Shown: positions 26,148 through 40,322 of the stretch, piece after piece
Layout of the letters: every line of letters begins with the position of its first letter
Position numbering within the stretch: the stretch's first letter is position 1
Assembly: GCF_030684315.1 (NCBI RefSeq)
Contig: NC_081383.1
Span: forward strand, 4,530,761-4,594,760
DNA length: 64,000 nucleotides
Origin: Stegostoma tigrinum
Lineage: Eukaryota
Reading direction: 5' to 3'
Made by a program: the position numbers and the translations under genes
The notes under the pieces: generated by a model
What the model was told of the DNA's origin: nothing
Database searches by the model: none
What the model saw: the letters and a program-made list of their open reading frames with translations, nothing else

Positions 26148-27408
26148 ATAACAAAGTGTGGAGCTGGATGAATTGTAGCCTTTCCTGCAAAAATTCCATC
26201 CCCTATTCCCAATTCCTTCACCGCCGCTGCATCTGCTCCCAGGATGAGGCATTCCACTCCTGCACATTCCAGATGTCCTCGTTCTTCAAGGGCCGCAACA
26301 TCCCCGCCCTCGACCGTGTCTCCCACATTTCCCGCACCTCATCCCTCACACCCCAGCCTCACAATAACCACCCCAAGAGAATTCCCCCAGTCCTCACATA
26401 CCACCCCACCAACCTCCGGATAAAACGCATTATCCTCCGACACTTCCGCCATCTACAATCCAACTCCACCACCCAAGACATTTTTTCATCCCCACCCTTG
26501 TCCACCTTCCGGAGAGACCACCCACTCCGTGACTCCCTTGTCCGCTCCACACTCCCCTCCAACTCCACCACACCCGGCAATTTCCCCTGCAAGCACAGGA
26601 AATGCTACACTTGCCCCCACACCTCCTCCCTCACCCCCATCCCAGGCCCCAAGATGACTTTCCACATCAAGCAGATGTTCACCTGTACATCCGCCAATGT
26701 GGTATACCGCATCCGGTGTACACGGTGTGGCTTCCTCTACATTGGGGAAACCAAGCGGAGGCTTGGGGACCGCTTTGCAGAACACCTCTGCCTGGTTTGC
26801 AATAAACAACTGCCCCTCCCAGTCGCGAACCATTTCAACTCCCCCTCCCATTCCTTAGATGACATGTCCATCCTGTGCCTCCTGCAGTGCCATAATGATG
26901 CCACCTGAAGGTTGCAGGAACAGCAACTCATATTCCGCTTGGGAACCCTGCAGCCCAATGATATCAATGTGGATTTCACCAGCTTCAAAATCTCCCCTCC
27001 CCCGCTGCATCCCAAAACCAGCCCAGTTCATCCCAGCGTGCCTAACCTGTCCTTCCTCTCACCTATCCCCTCCTCCCACATCAAGCCACACCTCCATTTC
27101 CCACCTACTAACCTCATCCCGCCTCCTTGACCTGTCCGTTCTCCCTGGACTGACCTATCCCCTCCCCACCTTCCCACCCATACTCTCCTCTCCACCTATC
27201 TTCTCCTCTATCCATCTTCAGTCCGCCTCCCCCTCTCTCCCTATTTATTTCAGAGTCCTCTCCCCATTGCCCTTTTCTGATGAAGAGTCTAGGCCCGAAA
27301 CGTCAGCTTTTGTGCTCCTAAGATGTTGCTTGGCCTGCTGTGTTCATCCAGCTCCGCCCTTTGTTATCTTGGATTCTCCAGCATCTGCAGTTCCCATTAT
27401 CTCTGATT
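26148..27408 (+). mobile_element. Penelope-like retroelement (Neptune type), 5'-truncated, GIY-YIG endonuclease remnant
   Basis: ORF 26156-26908 has SIPYSQF, a Cys-rich linker CKHRKCYTC and VVYRIRCTRCGFLYIGETKRRLGDRFAEHL (GIY-YIG); premature TGA at 26906. Short inverted tail copy at the 5' end. Flanking near-repeat ACAA(C/G)TTAACTGAG (26134-26147, 27409-27422). Confidence 0.92.
27277..27304 (+). ncRNA. Minimal hammerhead ribozyme motif in Penelope pLTR (stem II mismatch)
   Basis: CTGATGA-AGAGTCTAGGCCC-GAAACGTC. Confidence 0.55.
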
Positions 27409-28040
27409 ACAAGTTAACTGAGTTTTGGAACAGGCTTAAAGGGCTGAAAGGCCATCTCCTGTTCCTGTATCCTCAGTTTTCAATTCATTCTTTTCCCCTC
27501 AAACCCGTCTGCTTTACCATTGGCTGCCAAATTAAAGCATAATAACCTCGAATTTCAGCAATGTTCATCACAGTTGTTTCATTTCCATTTATTGTTATAA
27601 GATCTTCAAATTGCCATAATCACAAGAATATTATATATCCCTGGAATAATGTATGTGGTTTTAGTCTTTCTACATCAGGAAGAATTTATTTGCCTTATGG
27701 AGGGTCCAGTGGAGGTTCACGAAAACTGATTCGGGGACAAAAGGATTGCCCTACAAAGAGGGATTAAGTAGAATTTATATTTATTTGAATTTTGAAGAAT
27801 GAGCGGTTTCCTCATTGAAACATACAAAATGAGCAGAGTACTTGATATGATCATCACTGGGAGATTGTTTCCCCTGGGGCTGGAGAAACTAGATACAGAA
27901 ATAAATCCCTTCTCTCAGAGGTTTTGTGAATCCTTGGAATTGTTGACACCGAGGAACTATGCTTAATTATGGAGTGTTTTCCAAGTGATATTTCAATTCA
28001 TGCTTGGGATGTAGGTATCGCTGACTGGGCCAGCACTTAT

Positions 28041-28409
28041 GAAATCATAGAATGCCTACAGTGCCAGGACAGTGTGTGAGCAGGCCATTTGAGCCATTAC
28101 ACACACTGAATCTCTGTAAAGCATCTCACTCAGACCCACCCCCACCTCCAATCCTAGCCATGTAACCCCACAATTCCCATGGCTAACCCACCTAGCCTAC
28201 ATGTCCCTTGGCAGTTTGCAGCAATTTAGCATGGCCAATCCACCTAACCTGTACTGTCAGATGAAACTGGCACACCAGGAGGAAACTCACACATAGACAC
28301 AGGGAGAATATGCAAACTTCAGACACACAGTCTCCTGAGGCTAGATTTGAACCTGGCTTTCCTGGCGCTGTGAGGCAGCAATGCTAGCCCATGAGCCAAC
28401 ATGCTGCCC
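28041..28409 (-). mobile_element. HE1-like SINE, diverged
   Basis: Minus-strand head gggcagcatgttggctcatgggctagcattgctgcctcacagcgccagg. Confidence 0.75.
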
Positions 28410-29445
28410 AATTTATTTCCCATCCCTGGTGGCTTTTGAGAATGTGATGGGGAATTGCCTGGTTGAACCACTGCCGTCCATGTGCTGTAGGGACCCCCAT
28501 AACGCTGTGGTGGTGAAGGTTCCAAGAACAAAACCACCGGTTGGCATCAAGTTTCTTCAGCATCATTGGAGCTGCAATCATTGATTGATAGATTTTTGAG
28601 CATAAAGGAAGAAAAGGGATTTAGGGATCAGGTGGAAATCAAGCATTGTTATAGAATGTTAGTCATCATTGTACTGAATAGTAGAAAAGGTTTGAATTGA
28701 AAAATGACCCACTCCTAATCTTCCTATGGTCGTGGGTATTTCAGTGCTATGTATTGCATTTACCAACTTGTCTATATTCTTGGGTTCATTTTAATCTGCC
28801 ACACTCCCCACTCAATGTGAGTTAAACCATTCACATATGTGTCATGAAAATTAATGTATTTGTCCACATACAGACTGAGTTAATATGTAATGAAGACAGG
28901 AACCTGGTTTTACTTTTTAAACTTAGTTCCAGTGTAACAACAGTAAAATAACAATGACATCATGCTACTGCACATTGGCATTTCACATGAAAAAAATTTA
29001 ATCTTCACTACATTCTGACATACCATCAAGATCGGGGCCCTTCTCTCTACAGGTTCCTTCTTTTCAAAACACTTCTTTGCCTCAGCAGAGTACTGCTTGC
29101 AAATTCCAGTTTGCCTTTTTGGAATCTGTATCTCTTAGAATTATCACAAGCTTTGCAGGGAAAGGATTTTCAAACCCAATTGATAAAAGATGACTTTCTG
29201 GTGATCTAGACTACTCGAGTCAGATTGTCTGATTTAATAGATGACAGTGGGAGGCTTCAGGAGTTGAATGGCCAATATCTGTTACTATGTTCTTTCTTAA
29301 GTTAGTTAAATTGTCTATTAATTAGTTGTTGGCAATATCAGTTTCTATTTGGTATATCTCTTGTGCTCCACTTGTTTTTTTAAATGAAAGTTTCGATTAT
29401 ATAAACACCAACTAAAAATGTATCCTAAACCTTTTCAGAAGAAAG

Positions 29446-30116
29446 ATAGAACATAGAACTTCACAGTGGAGTACAGGTCCTTTGGCCTCAATGTTGTGCC
29501 GACCTGTAAAACCAATCTGAAACTCATCTAACCTACACTATTCCATTATCATCCATATGTTTATCCAATGACCATTTAAATGCCCTTAAAGTTGGCGAGT
29601 CTACTACTGTTGCAGGCAGGGCATTTCACACCCTTACTACTCTCTGAGTAAAGAACCTACCTCTGATATCTGTCCTGTATCACCCCTCAATTTAAAGCTA
29701 TGACCCCTCATGCTAACCATCACCATCCAAGGAAAAAGGCTCTCACTGTCCATCCTCTCTAATCCTCTGATCATCTTGTATGTCTCCATTAAGTTGTCTC
29801 TTAACCTTCTTCATTCTAATGAAAACAGCCTCAACTCCCTCAGCCTTTCCTCATAAGACCTTCCCTCCATACAAGGTAACATCCTGGTAAATCACCTCTG
29901 CACCTTTCCAAAGCTTCCACATCCTATAATGCTGCGACCAGAACTGTACGCAATACTCCAAGTGCAGCCGCTCCAGAGTTTTGTACAGCTTCAACATGAC
30001 CTCATGGCTCCAAAACTTAATCCCTCTACCAATAAAACCTAACACACCGTACACCTTCTTAACAACCCTATCAAGTTGGGTGGCAGATTTCAGGGATCTA
30101 TGCATATGGACACCAA
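29446..30116 (-). mobile_element. CR1 LINE 3' fragment (second subfamily, as at 57578)
   Basis: Minus-strand ORF with MLKLYKTLERLHLEYCVQFWS and an (ttctat)n-type tail. Confidence 0.85.
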
Positions 30117-30366
30117 AAAATCTTGGATGTTGGCTTTAGGTTTTTGTATATATGGATTTCTCAATTGTAGAACATTGCCCAGTTTCTAATAGAGGTGAGA
30201 GATTGTCAAGATCATTTCATTTGATACATCTTGATCAACCAATGCTATGGCTGTTTAATTCAGAGCAAGTTTTAATTTTCAATTCTTTCCTTCTTATATG
30301 CAATTAAAGATAGAGTTGACTGTCTATCCATCACCTTCAATCTTCACTTCTTCTGCCACACATTAG

Positions 30367-31338
30367 CATCATCCTCCGACACTTCCGCCATCTACAATCC
30401 GACCCCACCACCCAAGCCATTTTTTCATCCCCACCCTTGTCTGCCTTCCGGAGAGACCACTCTCTCCGTGACTTCCTTGTCCACTCCACACTCCCCTCCA
30501 ACCCCATCACACCCGGCACCTTCCCATGCAACTGCAGGAAATGCTACACTTGCCCCTGCACCTCCTCCCTCACCCCTATCCCAGGCCCCAAGATGACGTT
30601 CCATATTAAGTGGATGTTCACCTGCACATCTGCCAAAGTGGTATACTGTATCCACTGTACCTGGTGTGGCTTCCTCTACATTGGGGAAACCAAGCGGACG
30701 CTTGGGGACCGCTTTGCAGAAAACCTCTGCAATAAACAACTGCACTTCCCAGTCGCGAACCATTTTAACTACCCCTCCCATTCCTCAGACGACATGTCCA
30801 TCATGGGCCTCCTGCAGTGCCAAAATGATGCCACCCGAAGGTTGCAGGAGCAGCAACTCATATTCCGCTTGGGAACCCTAGAGCCCAATGGTATCAATGT
30901 GGACTTCACCAGCTTCAAAATCCCCCCTCCCCCCACTGCATCACAAAACCAGCCCAGCTCCTCCCCTTCCCCCACTGCATCCCAAAACCAGCCCAGCCTG
31001 TCTCTGCTTTCCTAACCTGTTCTTCCTCTCACCCATCCCTACCTCCCACCTCAAGCCGCACCTCCATTTCCTACCTACTACCTCATCCCGCCCCCTTGAC
31101 CTGTCCGCCCTCCCTGGACTGACCTCTCCCTTCCCTACCTCCCCACCTATACTCTCCTCTCCACTTACCTTCTTTTCTCTCCATCTTCGGTCCGCCTCCC
31201 CCTCTCTCCTTATTTATTCCAGAACCCTCTCCCCATCCCCCTCTCTGATGAAGGGTCTAGGCCCGAAACGTCAACTTTCGTGCTCCTGAGATGCTGCTTG
31301 GCCTGCTGTGCTCATCCAGCTTCACACTTTGTTATCTT
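30367..31338 (+). mobile_element. Penelope-like retroelement fragment with GIY-YIG domain
   Basis: ORF 30437-31015: CNCRKCYTC, VVYCIHCTWCGFLYIGETKRTLGDRFAE, EQQLIFRLGTLEPNGINVDF, followed by the pLTR tail. Confidence 0.92.
31245..31272 (+). ncRNA. Minimal type I hammerhead ribozyme motif (intact core) in Penelope pLTR
   Basis: CTGATGA-A-GGGT-CTAG-GCCC-GAAACGTC: catalytic core, 4-bp stem II, palindromic ACGT stem III, GUC cleavage triplet. Confidence 0.65.
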
Positions 31339-32173
31339 AGCAGCAACATGTGCCTTCTACAAGATGCATAGGGCAACTTATTATGACTCTTTCAACAGTA
31401 CCTTCCAAACCCACAGCTGTACTACCTCAAAGGACAAGGTTTGCACATGCAAAGTTTGAGATATGCACCATTTTGATTTTGAGCCATATCACCATTTTAT
31501 CATTGTCAATGAAGTGCTGCAACTCCCTTCCTAACAGCACTGTGGGTATCTCTACATTGCAGTGCTTAAGAAAGCAGCTCTTCACCACCTTCTCCAGGAC
31601 CACAAGGGGAGGCCAATAAATATTAGCCAGTTATACACTTCAAGTTTGATTTGTTTTTAAAGATCCTTTTATCCCCTTCTCCCTCACGCTTCCCTTGGAA
31701 TATATCTAAACTACTCACTTCAAACACTCCCTGCAGTCGTGAGTTCCTCTCTCACTACTGACTGAGTAAAGAGGTCTCTCCTGAATTCCAGGTTAGATTT
31801 GTTATTATCTTATATTTATGACCCCTAATTCTGGACTTACTCAAAAATGGAAACATCATTGACACTGTCAAATTCCTTCATAACCTTCTGGTGCACTTTT
31901 CTAATCTCTAATAAGTTTGATGTTTCAAAGCTGCGATATACCTCAGCGATGATGGCAGTAGTGTGTATGTGACAACAGCCAAACTGGTTTCCCTTCAGAT
32001 ATGGTTCACCAGGTAGAACCTCCTTCGAATCAACACCTCCGATAGTGACTGAAAAAGAAAGCTTGTGCATTTTCAAAGCTTTAATTGCAAGTGGTTTTAG
32101 AAACGTTGTTACACTCATTATGGTAACACTATGAAGAAACTAATGTTCAGGCCCATAGGGTTTTCGGGTCATT

Positions 32174-33130
<957 letters not shown>

Positions 33131-35579
33131 TTGGAAGAAATGTTTCAAAATGTTGGCAAAAATCCTGCATTTTTGATTCTGTGAATGCTCCCAACAAGAT
33201 TATAGTGCAGGGACGTTTGACGGGGAATTATATAGTAAAGAGTTGAGTGATAGTGCAAAGTTTATGTCATTGGCTACACCATCTTGAGAGTCCTCGTACA
33301 CCCCAGGTTCAGTAACTTTTCCATTGCAGCTCAGAGATATATCTCAATCTTGGAGATCGCTCCATGTACAAATTAGTGCTGTAAATCCTACACGGTTTGT
33401 GTTTTCCAATCTTTACAATTGTACTTGATTGTAGTCTGTTTGCTTTTGGACAGAGTGATGATGCACTGTAGCGAGGTCTGATAACATTATAGTGATCGCG
33501 CCATGGATGACAGCAGGTTAGCTTTGAACTTGCTTGTCGAGGGGAGAGGTCAAACATACACTCTGACCTCTATGACATCACAGGTTTGATAGGCAAAGAG
33601 GATTGCTTGACCTCACCAGTATAGCAGGCTAATGTGGGATCAGCTGTTGGGCTATAGGCAACTTCACTCACTGAGACGTGAATGCTGATTTGATGACGAA
33701 GCATGAGGTGGGAAGATGTAGGCGTGACTCATGAGGAAGCCACTCTCCTGATTGCTTACCTTGTAGCACAGGTAACTCTGGCATATTCAATAAATGAAAA
33801 GATACCTCTCTGCTATCTCTGACATGAACTGCACAGAGGGCTCCTCAGGTGCACCCATTATTTTGTGGAATAATCATTCATATTTAGAAGATTCTGGGGA
33901 AAGAGGCAGGGAATCAGATCAGTTTGATACGTTGACAATGAATCAGCATTAGACTGTTGGGACAAATAGTCACTTCCTGGGCTATATTATTTCATGGTTG
34001 TATGAATTGTACAAATTAAATTGTATAATTTAATAATTATAAAATGAGCTGGAGAAATGTTTGTAATGAAAATTAACACAAGGTAAAATGAATTGTAGAA
34101 TCATAATGGTTAGAAAGACAGAATGAGGAATATAATGCATGGAACTACAGAAATGTTTAGCAAGAAAGGTAATTAGTCAAGGAATTATAATAGAGGATAT
34201 AATGTTAGGCCAATGATTTGAATGTTTTGTTTGAAGTCATCTGGAGGTGTAAATAGAAACCTTTCAAAACTCTGCCTGAGGGAACTCTCTGGATAAGTTA
34301 GGATTCAGAATATTGATCATTGATTTTGAAAGACTGGGACTTGATTGAGTGAACAGATTTTTTGTTACTCTTTCTCACTTTCCAATGTCCTTTGGGAGAC
34401 TCTTGCCTCTAAGGTAGTGGATTCAAGCTATTTTCCCAGGAGTTGTGCACACATTCCATTCAGCAGTGATAACTGAGTGGAATAGATTGAGACAGCAGAA
34501 TCATTGGCAATTTGAAATCTACAAAATCAAAAAGGCAAGACTTTTGCAAACATTTTGAAACCTGTCTATCTGTGACGCAAATTTCAAAGAATTATGTACC
34601 TGAACCCCTAGGTTCTACAAAATAAGTTTCACTGTAGACCTTTGAAATACACAAGCCAAGAGGTACAAAGTCATCTACTGGAGATTCAGTCGATGACCTG
34701 AAGCAGGAAATGGAAAAAGGAAATATAACAGAGGTAGATCTGGGTGGTCTTTATATGAGAATATGAGGTTGAAGGTTCAGTCCAGGATAAGCATGAACAA
34801 ACAGGTATGGCCTGAGGAAGTAGCCAAAGAAGGGGAATGGAACTTATGGGGAAAGTAAGAAGTTTGGCAGGGATGAAGGACAACATCCTCAGTCTTCGCA
34901 ATCTTCCCAACTGGTGGAAATTTCTATTCATCCAGGTCGTTAATCAGACAGGTCCATAAGATCATAAGAAGTAGAAACAGACCCTTGAGAAACAGCCATT
35001 CAGTCGGTTCTAGACTGACCTGATACTCCTCACATCCACGTTCCTGCCCTTTCCCTGTAGACTCTCAGTGATCTCTTCCAGAGGGCATGCAGCTGACAGT
35101 GCAGCACACCGTCAGTACTGCACTGACGTGTCAGATTAAATTTAGTTTTTGTGAATCTTTATAACCTGTATATGTATATGTCCCCGCTTGCCTGGATGGG
35201 TGCAGCTGTAACAATATCCAAGGGTCTTGACACCATGTAGGACAAGCAGCCTATTTGATTGGCATCACATCCAGTCCCTCTACCACTGATACTAAGCACC
35301 TGCAGTGTGTACTATCAACAAGATGCATTGCAGAAATTCACCAAAGATCCTCAGACAGCACTTTCCAAATCCACGCCCACTTACATCTAGAAGGACAAGG
35401 GCAGCAGATACATCAGAACACCACCACATGCAGACTCCCCTCCAAGCCACTCACTATCCAGATTTGGAAATACAGTTGTTGAGATTTTCTGCAGCTGTCT
35501 CATAATTTTCCCATTGATGCTGAAAGCAGGTCCAGTTCTGCTTCAAATCCCCTTCAATTTATTAATGAGTGAGACCAAT

Positions 35580-36045
35580 TTTAGAAAACTGTGTTCAATT
35601 CTGGTGGCCTGCTAGAGGAAGGATCGTGTTAAACTTGAGAGGATGCAGAAAAGGTTTACAAGGATGTTGCCAGACCTGGAGGGTTTGAGCTATAGGGAGA
35701 GACTGAATAGGCTGGGGCTATTTTTCCTTGAGCTTTGGAGGCTGAGTGGTGATCTTATGGAGGTTTATGAAATCATGAGGGGCATGGATAGGTGAATAGA
35801 CAAAGTTTTTTTCCTATGGTGGGGGAGTACGAAACTTGAGGGTGTAGATTTAAGGTGAGAAAGGTGAAATTTAAAAAGGTCCTGGGGAGTAACTTTTTCA
35901 CACAGAGGGTGGTGCGTTTGTGGAACGAGCTGCCAGAGGAAGTGGTGGAGGCGGGTACAATTACAACATTTTAAAGGCACTTGGAAAGGTATATGAACAA
36001 GAAAGTTTAGAGGCATATGGGCCAAATGCTGTAAAATGGGACCAA
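35580..36045 (+). mobile_element. CR1 LINE 3' fragment
   Basis: tgtgttcaattctgg...ttgagctatagggagagactgaataggctggggcta...tggaacgagctgccagagg. Confidence 0.8.
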
Positions 36046-37149
36046 GAATGTAACTTGTCCTCAGATATACACAAGGACTCTCTCCCCACAGCTATCTGTG
36101 ATAAGGAGTTCCAAAGACTCCTAACCCTCTGAGAGAAGAAATTCTTCCTCAGCTCAGTCTTAAATTAGCACTCTCTCAATTCTGAGGCTGAGCCCTCTGA
36201 TCATAGACTTTCCAATGATGCTTCACTAGAGCTTCCCCTGAAGTCTGTACAGGAGAGAAGAGAAGTTCTTTCCCCTGGATATGGCAACAGGAGGCCATCC
36301 TGGCAGATGAAAGCTTCGTGGACCAAGGGGGTTGTGGAGGCCTGCGCCTGTGGGCAGCTTGCGAGGACTTTGTTCCAGTGCCATGAATGGTTTGCTGTAC
36401 ACTGCCTGGCTACATATCTCTGCCTACTCAATGTGTCCAGTTCGGTGAATGAGAGTTGTTGTTGTACATTTGCCATTGCATATGACTGCCATACAGGGGG
36501 ATGGGTACCTGGCATCTCAATCACATGTCTCATGTGCGATCAGTGCCTGTTAATTCATTGCAGCAACTGCATTGGTATTGCCACTCACGCACCTGCTAGG
36601 CTTCACACTTCAAACATAAATGGAGCTACAACACAATGTGCAAGAGCTGCTGTCAGCTGCCTGATCTTTCATTGCAACTACCAGAGAATGATAGCTTTTC
36701 ACCAAAAGCTTGCATCTTACAAGAACTCAACCACAAAGGTCCTTTTTAGTTGGGTCCTGAGGGCTTGCTTGCCCTTGTCTAGTCTGATGGCATCACTTAG
36801 TGTGGCTACATTACTTGGGAATGGAGGGGGGCACTTCTAGGCCCATGGTCAGACTTCACCCCTAAAACTATAAGCGTTTAACAACACTCCATGATGCCAG
36901 ACTTCTGATAAGATGGAAATGTTTCACCCTTAACACTGAAACTATAAGAAATTGTACCAGGAATAGGCAATTTGGCTTCTCGAGCCTGCTCTTTCATTCA
37001 ATAGGATCATAACTGATTGTCCATTCAATGTGTGGCCAACAATTACAATTGACAAGAGTTTGAACCAAACAAAAGGAATAAAAAAAACCAAAGGATTAAA
37101 AAAACTCCCTCCTTCACGTTTTAAAAGTACGGAAATCCGTAAAACATAA

Positions 37150-37288
37150 GATTAACTTTATGTGCGCGGGTAAAATTGTTCCGTCTCTGTCACTAAATGG
37201 CTAGGAACGAATCCTCGCCGCTGCCATAGTAACGGGTGGGGGTGGGGATTAACAAGGGTGTGACACACGGAGGAACTGCAGCTTTGAG
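37150..37288 (+). promoter_or_regulatory. ARMC6: Probable ARMC6 promoter and non-coding first exon, with RFX X-box
   Basis: Local CpG enrichment, X-box GCTGCCATAGTAAC (37220-37233), strong donor GAG|GTAGGT at 37289, about 860 bp before the ATG exon. Confidence 0.55.
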
Positions 37289-38145
37289 GTAGGTAGAAGA
37301 GAGCGTGGTTGATATTCAGGATTATAATTACACTTAAGTTTAGTGGCTGTTAGTACAGCAATACGATTTGTTTTATTGTTAACTACACGAGCAATCTATT
37401 AAATAATATTTACTATAGAGAATAAAATCCATTTTTTGTTTGGTTCAGAAGGTGAATGTCCAAGGATGTTCCTGCTGTTGTACCCTAATACCAAATAGGG
37501 CATTCTCTGCTGAACTTTAGTATACTGATGTGATATTCTGTTCACTTATTTTTGTTAGGGATCTGTCTAACTTCAAACATTGGAATGCAAGAGCAGCCAT
37601 TATCAAATTGGGACTATCCTGCCATTGGCTAACCCTCGTGAATCAATTGTACTCCTGGGAGAGGCAAGAAAGTAAAATCTAAGATGTATTTAGCAATTGT
37701 GAGAATAATTTAAAACCAGTAGGTCCCACAGGGTGACCATGCTGTACACAGCATTCCTTGCTTCATCTGATTCCATCAGCATAATTTATTCCGTCCTTTC
37801 TTTATCTGGTTCTCTCTATAATACTATGTTATTTGTTTCAGCTATACCATTTGACAGCCAACTCCAAATTATTCTGTCAAAAGGGCAGAATATTCTACCT
37901 GAATTCTGTTTGATTTACTAGTGTCTATCATGAGTTTAGTTTCAACTACAAGAGGGAGCATCTGTATGTTAACCGTAGTGTAATTTTAGATATCTATCAC
38001 ATCACATCAGCTTCTCTTTTCTAGAGAAGACTGTGCAAGAACCTAATTTTTCTGCACTCTCTGAAAGATAATAATAACTCCAAGTCCATGTAATTGAAGT
38101 TAACCTGCAACTTATTTCTTAGAAAGAAAAGTTGTTTACAGAAGA

Positions 38146-38266
38146 ATGGCAAGCAGACGGATTACTCAGGAGACATTTGATTCTGTGGTGCAAGAAAACA
38201 TAACTGAGTTTCAAATGGAGCCAGAAGAGGCTCTGAGTGAAGCAATACAACAATTTGAGTCACAAG
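38146..38266 (+). CDS. ARMC6: ARMC6 coding exon 1
   Basis: [40 protein letters not shown](G), like human MVSKRIAQETFDAAVRENIEEF..PEEA..EA..QFESQG. Donor G|GTGAGT. Confidence 0.92.
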
Positions 38267-38324
38267 GTGAGTAAAGTTTTGAATAATCACAGGAAAAAGT
38301 TCACACAAGGCATAATGCATTCTG

Positions 38325-38745
38325 AGATTAGCATGATGGTACTGTTACTGGAATAGAAAATCACAGATTTGATCCAGGGGCATAAGCTCAAACACTACTA
38401 TTGCATCTGACAGAATTTAAATCCAGTCAATAAATCTGAACAAAAATGCTTCTCGTTTCATGAAGATGAATCTGCTACAGTCTTGTAAAAACCCACCAAT
38501 GTCCTTAAGGGAGGAAATCTCAGTCTGACCTGCACATGACTGGAGATGGACAGCATTGTGGTTGATTCTTAACTTTCCTTGGAGACAACTTAGCAAGACA
38601 CTTAATTGTATCATACTACTACAGAAAGTGTTGTTGGTGCACTTGCACCATGTGGATAGCTGAAAGTGGTTTGCTATCATCCTGCCAGGGGCAATTAGGG
38701 ATGAGCAGCAAATGTTCTTTCCTGAAATGCTAGAATGAATGACTA
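38325..38745 (+). mobile_element. MetaSINE-like tRNA SINE, diverged
   Basis: Central ccaatgtccttaagggaggaaatct..tgacctgcacatgac..tgtggttgattcttaact and tail gggcaattagggatg. Confidence 0.5.
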
Positions 38746-38848
38746 GAAAGAAGCATTGGCCGCTGTTGCGCTAAGGCCATTGACTTAAGCAATTGACAGA
38801 ACTAGAAATGTTTAATTTTCTTTTGGATCTGCTTCACTTTCTCTGCAG

Positions 38849-38928
38849 GTGTTGACCTTATTAACATAGTGAAGGCTGTCCAGAATACAACTACAGAAGC
38901 CAGTGATCAGAAGCACATTGTTCTGCAG
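38849..38928 (+). CDS. ARMC6: ARMC6 coding exon 2
   Basis: ctctgcAG acceptor, (G)VDLINIVKAVQNTTTEASDQKHIVLQ, donor CAG|GTGATA. Phases fit both neighbours. Confidence 0.9.
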
Positions 38929-40322
38929 GTGATAGCAATGTATGAGAGGCTGTATGTTTGTGATGTAATTTTTCAAAATCTCTTTATTTGTACATTTTCT
39001 TAAAATGAAGTTCTCAGTTAGTAAACGTGTTTCTGTGATGCATATCTTTTAAGACTAAATTCCATTTGTTTTGAAACTGTTCATCAGATGATGCATCTCC
39101 TATGTTCTTAGCCCCCTCTAAACAAAACATCTGATCACCAGCCATTATTTTTGCTGAAAACATCAATAACCTCCTTTCCACAGCCACGATTTATCCACTC
39201 TTCAAAAATGATATTTTCAACCACCTAAGAACTCTAGCTTTAATACTTCCTAATTACTGCTTTATCTCTAATTTTTGCTCATTGAGATCTTGGTGACCAC
39301 TCTTCCTCAAATTTCTGTACAAGTCTTTTTAGGTCTACTTCTGCTCTGGTCATTGCTCTAAGACTGTTGTAGTCCAAGTCACCAGTGCCATTCTTATGAT
39401 GGTGAATAGGTAAATAATTTCTCCGTAATGTGTCAATTACTCTTTAGCACATTTCATTTTCCTTCACTGTTTCTTATCTGTGACACTGACCTTGCTTAAT
39501 TCTGCTTACACGATGGCACATTGTAACCAGTGACCTGCTGTATTTTCTATCTTCCTTCCTGCAATAATTCCTTGTGCATGCGCAAAGGTTCCCTCTCCTA
39601 TTTCTCATCCATATATTGCAGCCTTGAAAACCTTTTTCTCAGCCTGCTCTCGAAATACACATGAACAAACCGGTTTTGCAAGTCAATTGCATGTCCAGCA
39701 TCAATTGCATTCTGCGCTTGTAGTGAATTTGTAGCCCTGCCCTGCTGAAAGCAGACAATAGGAAACTCTGCGCAGCCTACCTGCTCCGTTGCCCTAATAC
39801 TGTCCCATGCCTGGTTATACAGTGGTGCAAAGTTTGGCTCAAGCAGTCAATGTGGCCTGGTGATATTTTGATACATGTACCCCAGGAGGAGGGAGATATC
39901 AGATGGGAGTAGCAAAAGTATTCATGTCTTGAATCCATCAGTCCACAGGGTCACTCAGTTTCCTGTCCTTTTGACATGGCTTTTCGGAAACAGCCATCTA
40001 AAGAGGCTGACAAATTAAATAATTATTTTTGAAATGTAGTTTGAAATGACAGAGTGGACAAGTCATAGCTGTCATTTAGCCCCATTCATGTGTCTCCCCT
40101 GTGCTTACTGTGTGCTGACTAACTTTGGCTCACAGTTGAACAATGCCTCAACTTTCAAAACTTTCATCCTGGTTTTAAAATTGTTCACTACCCTTGGCTC
40201 TTCCTATTGCAGTAATCCCCTGCAACTCACAACTATTTGAGATCTTAGCCCCTTTGGATGGTTTACCATCCACTATGTAAATACAAGTTATTGGCATAGC
40301 AAATGATTACTTGTCTTTTTAG

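Noticed and set aside
26156-26908. 250-aa ORF (and the 192-aa ORF at 30437-31015) as host zinc-finger or nuclease genes
   Set aside because: They are truncated Penelope GIY-YIG remnants in multiple diverged copies, with a premature stop and deletions.
26859-27542. 227-aa Pro/Ser-rich ORF
   Set aside because: Alternative frame across the C/T-rich Penelope tail; stop-poor because of composition.
36307-36840. 177-aa Cys-rich ORF between TSSK6-B and ARMC6
   Set aside because: No recognisable domain or splice structure; lies in repeat-like sequence.
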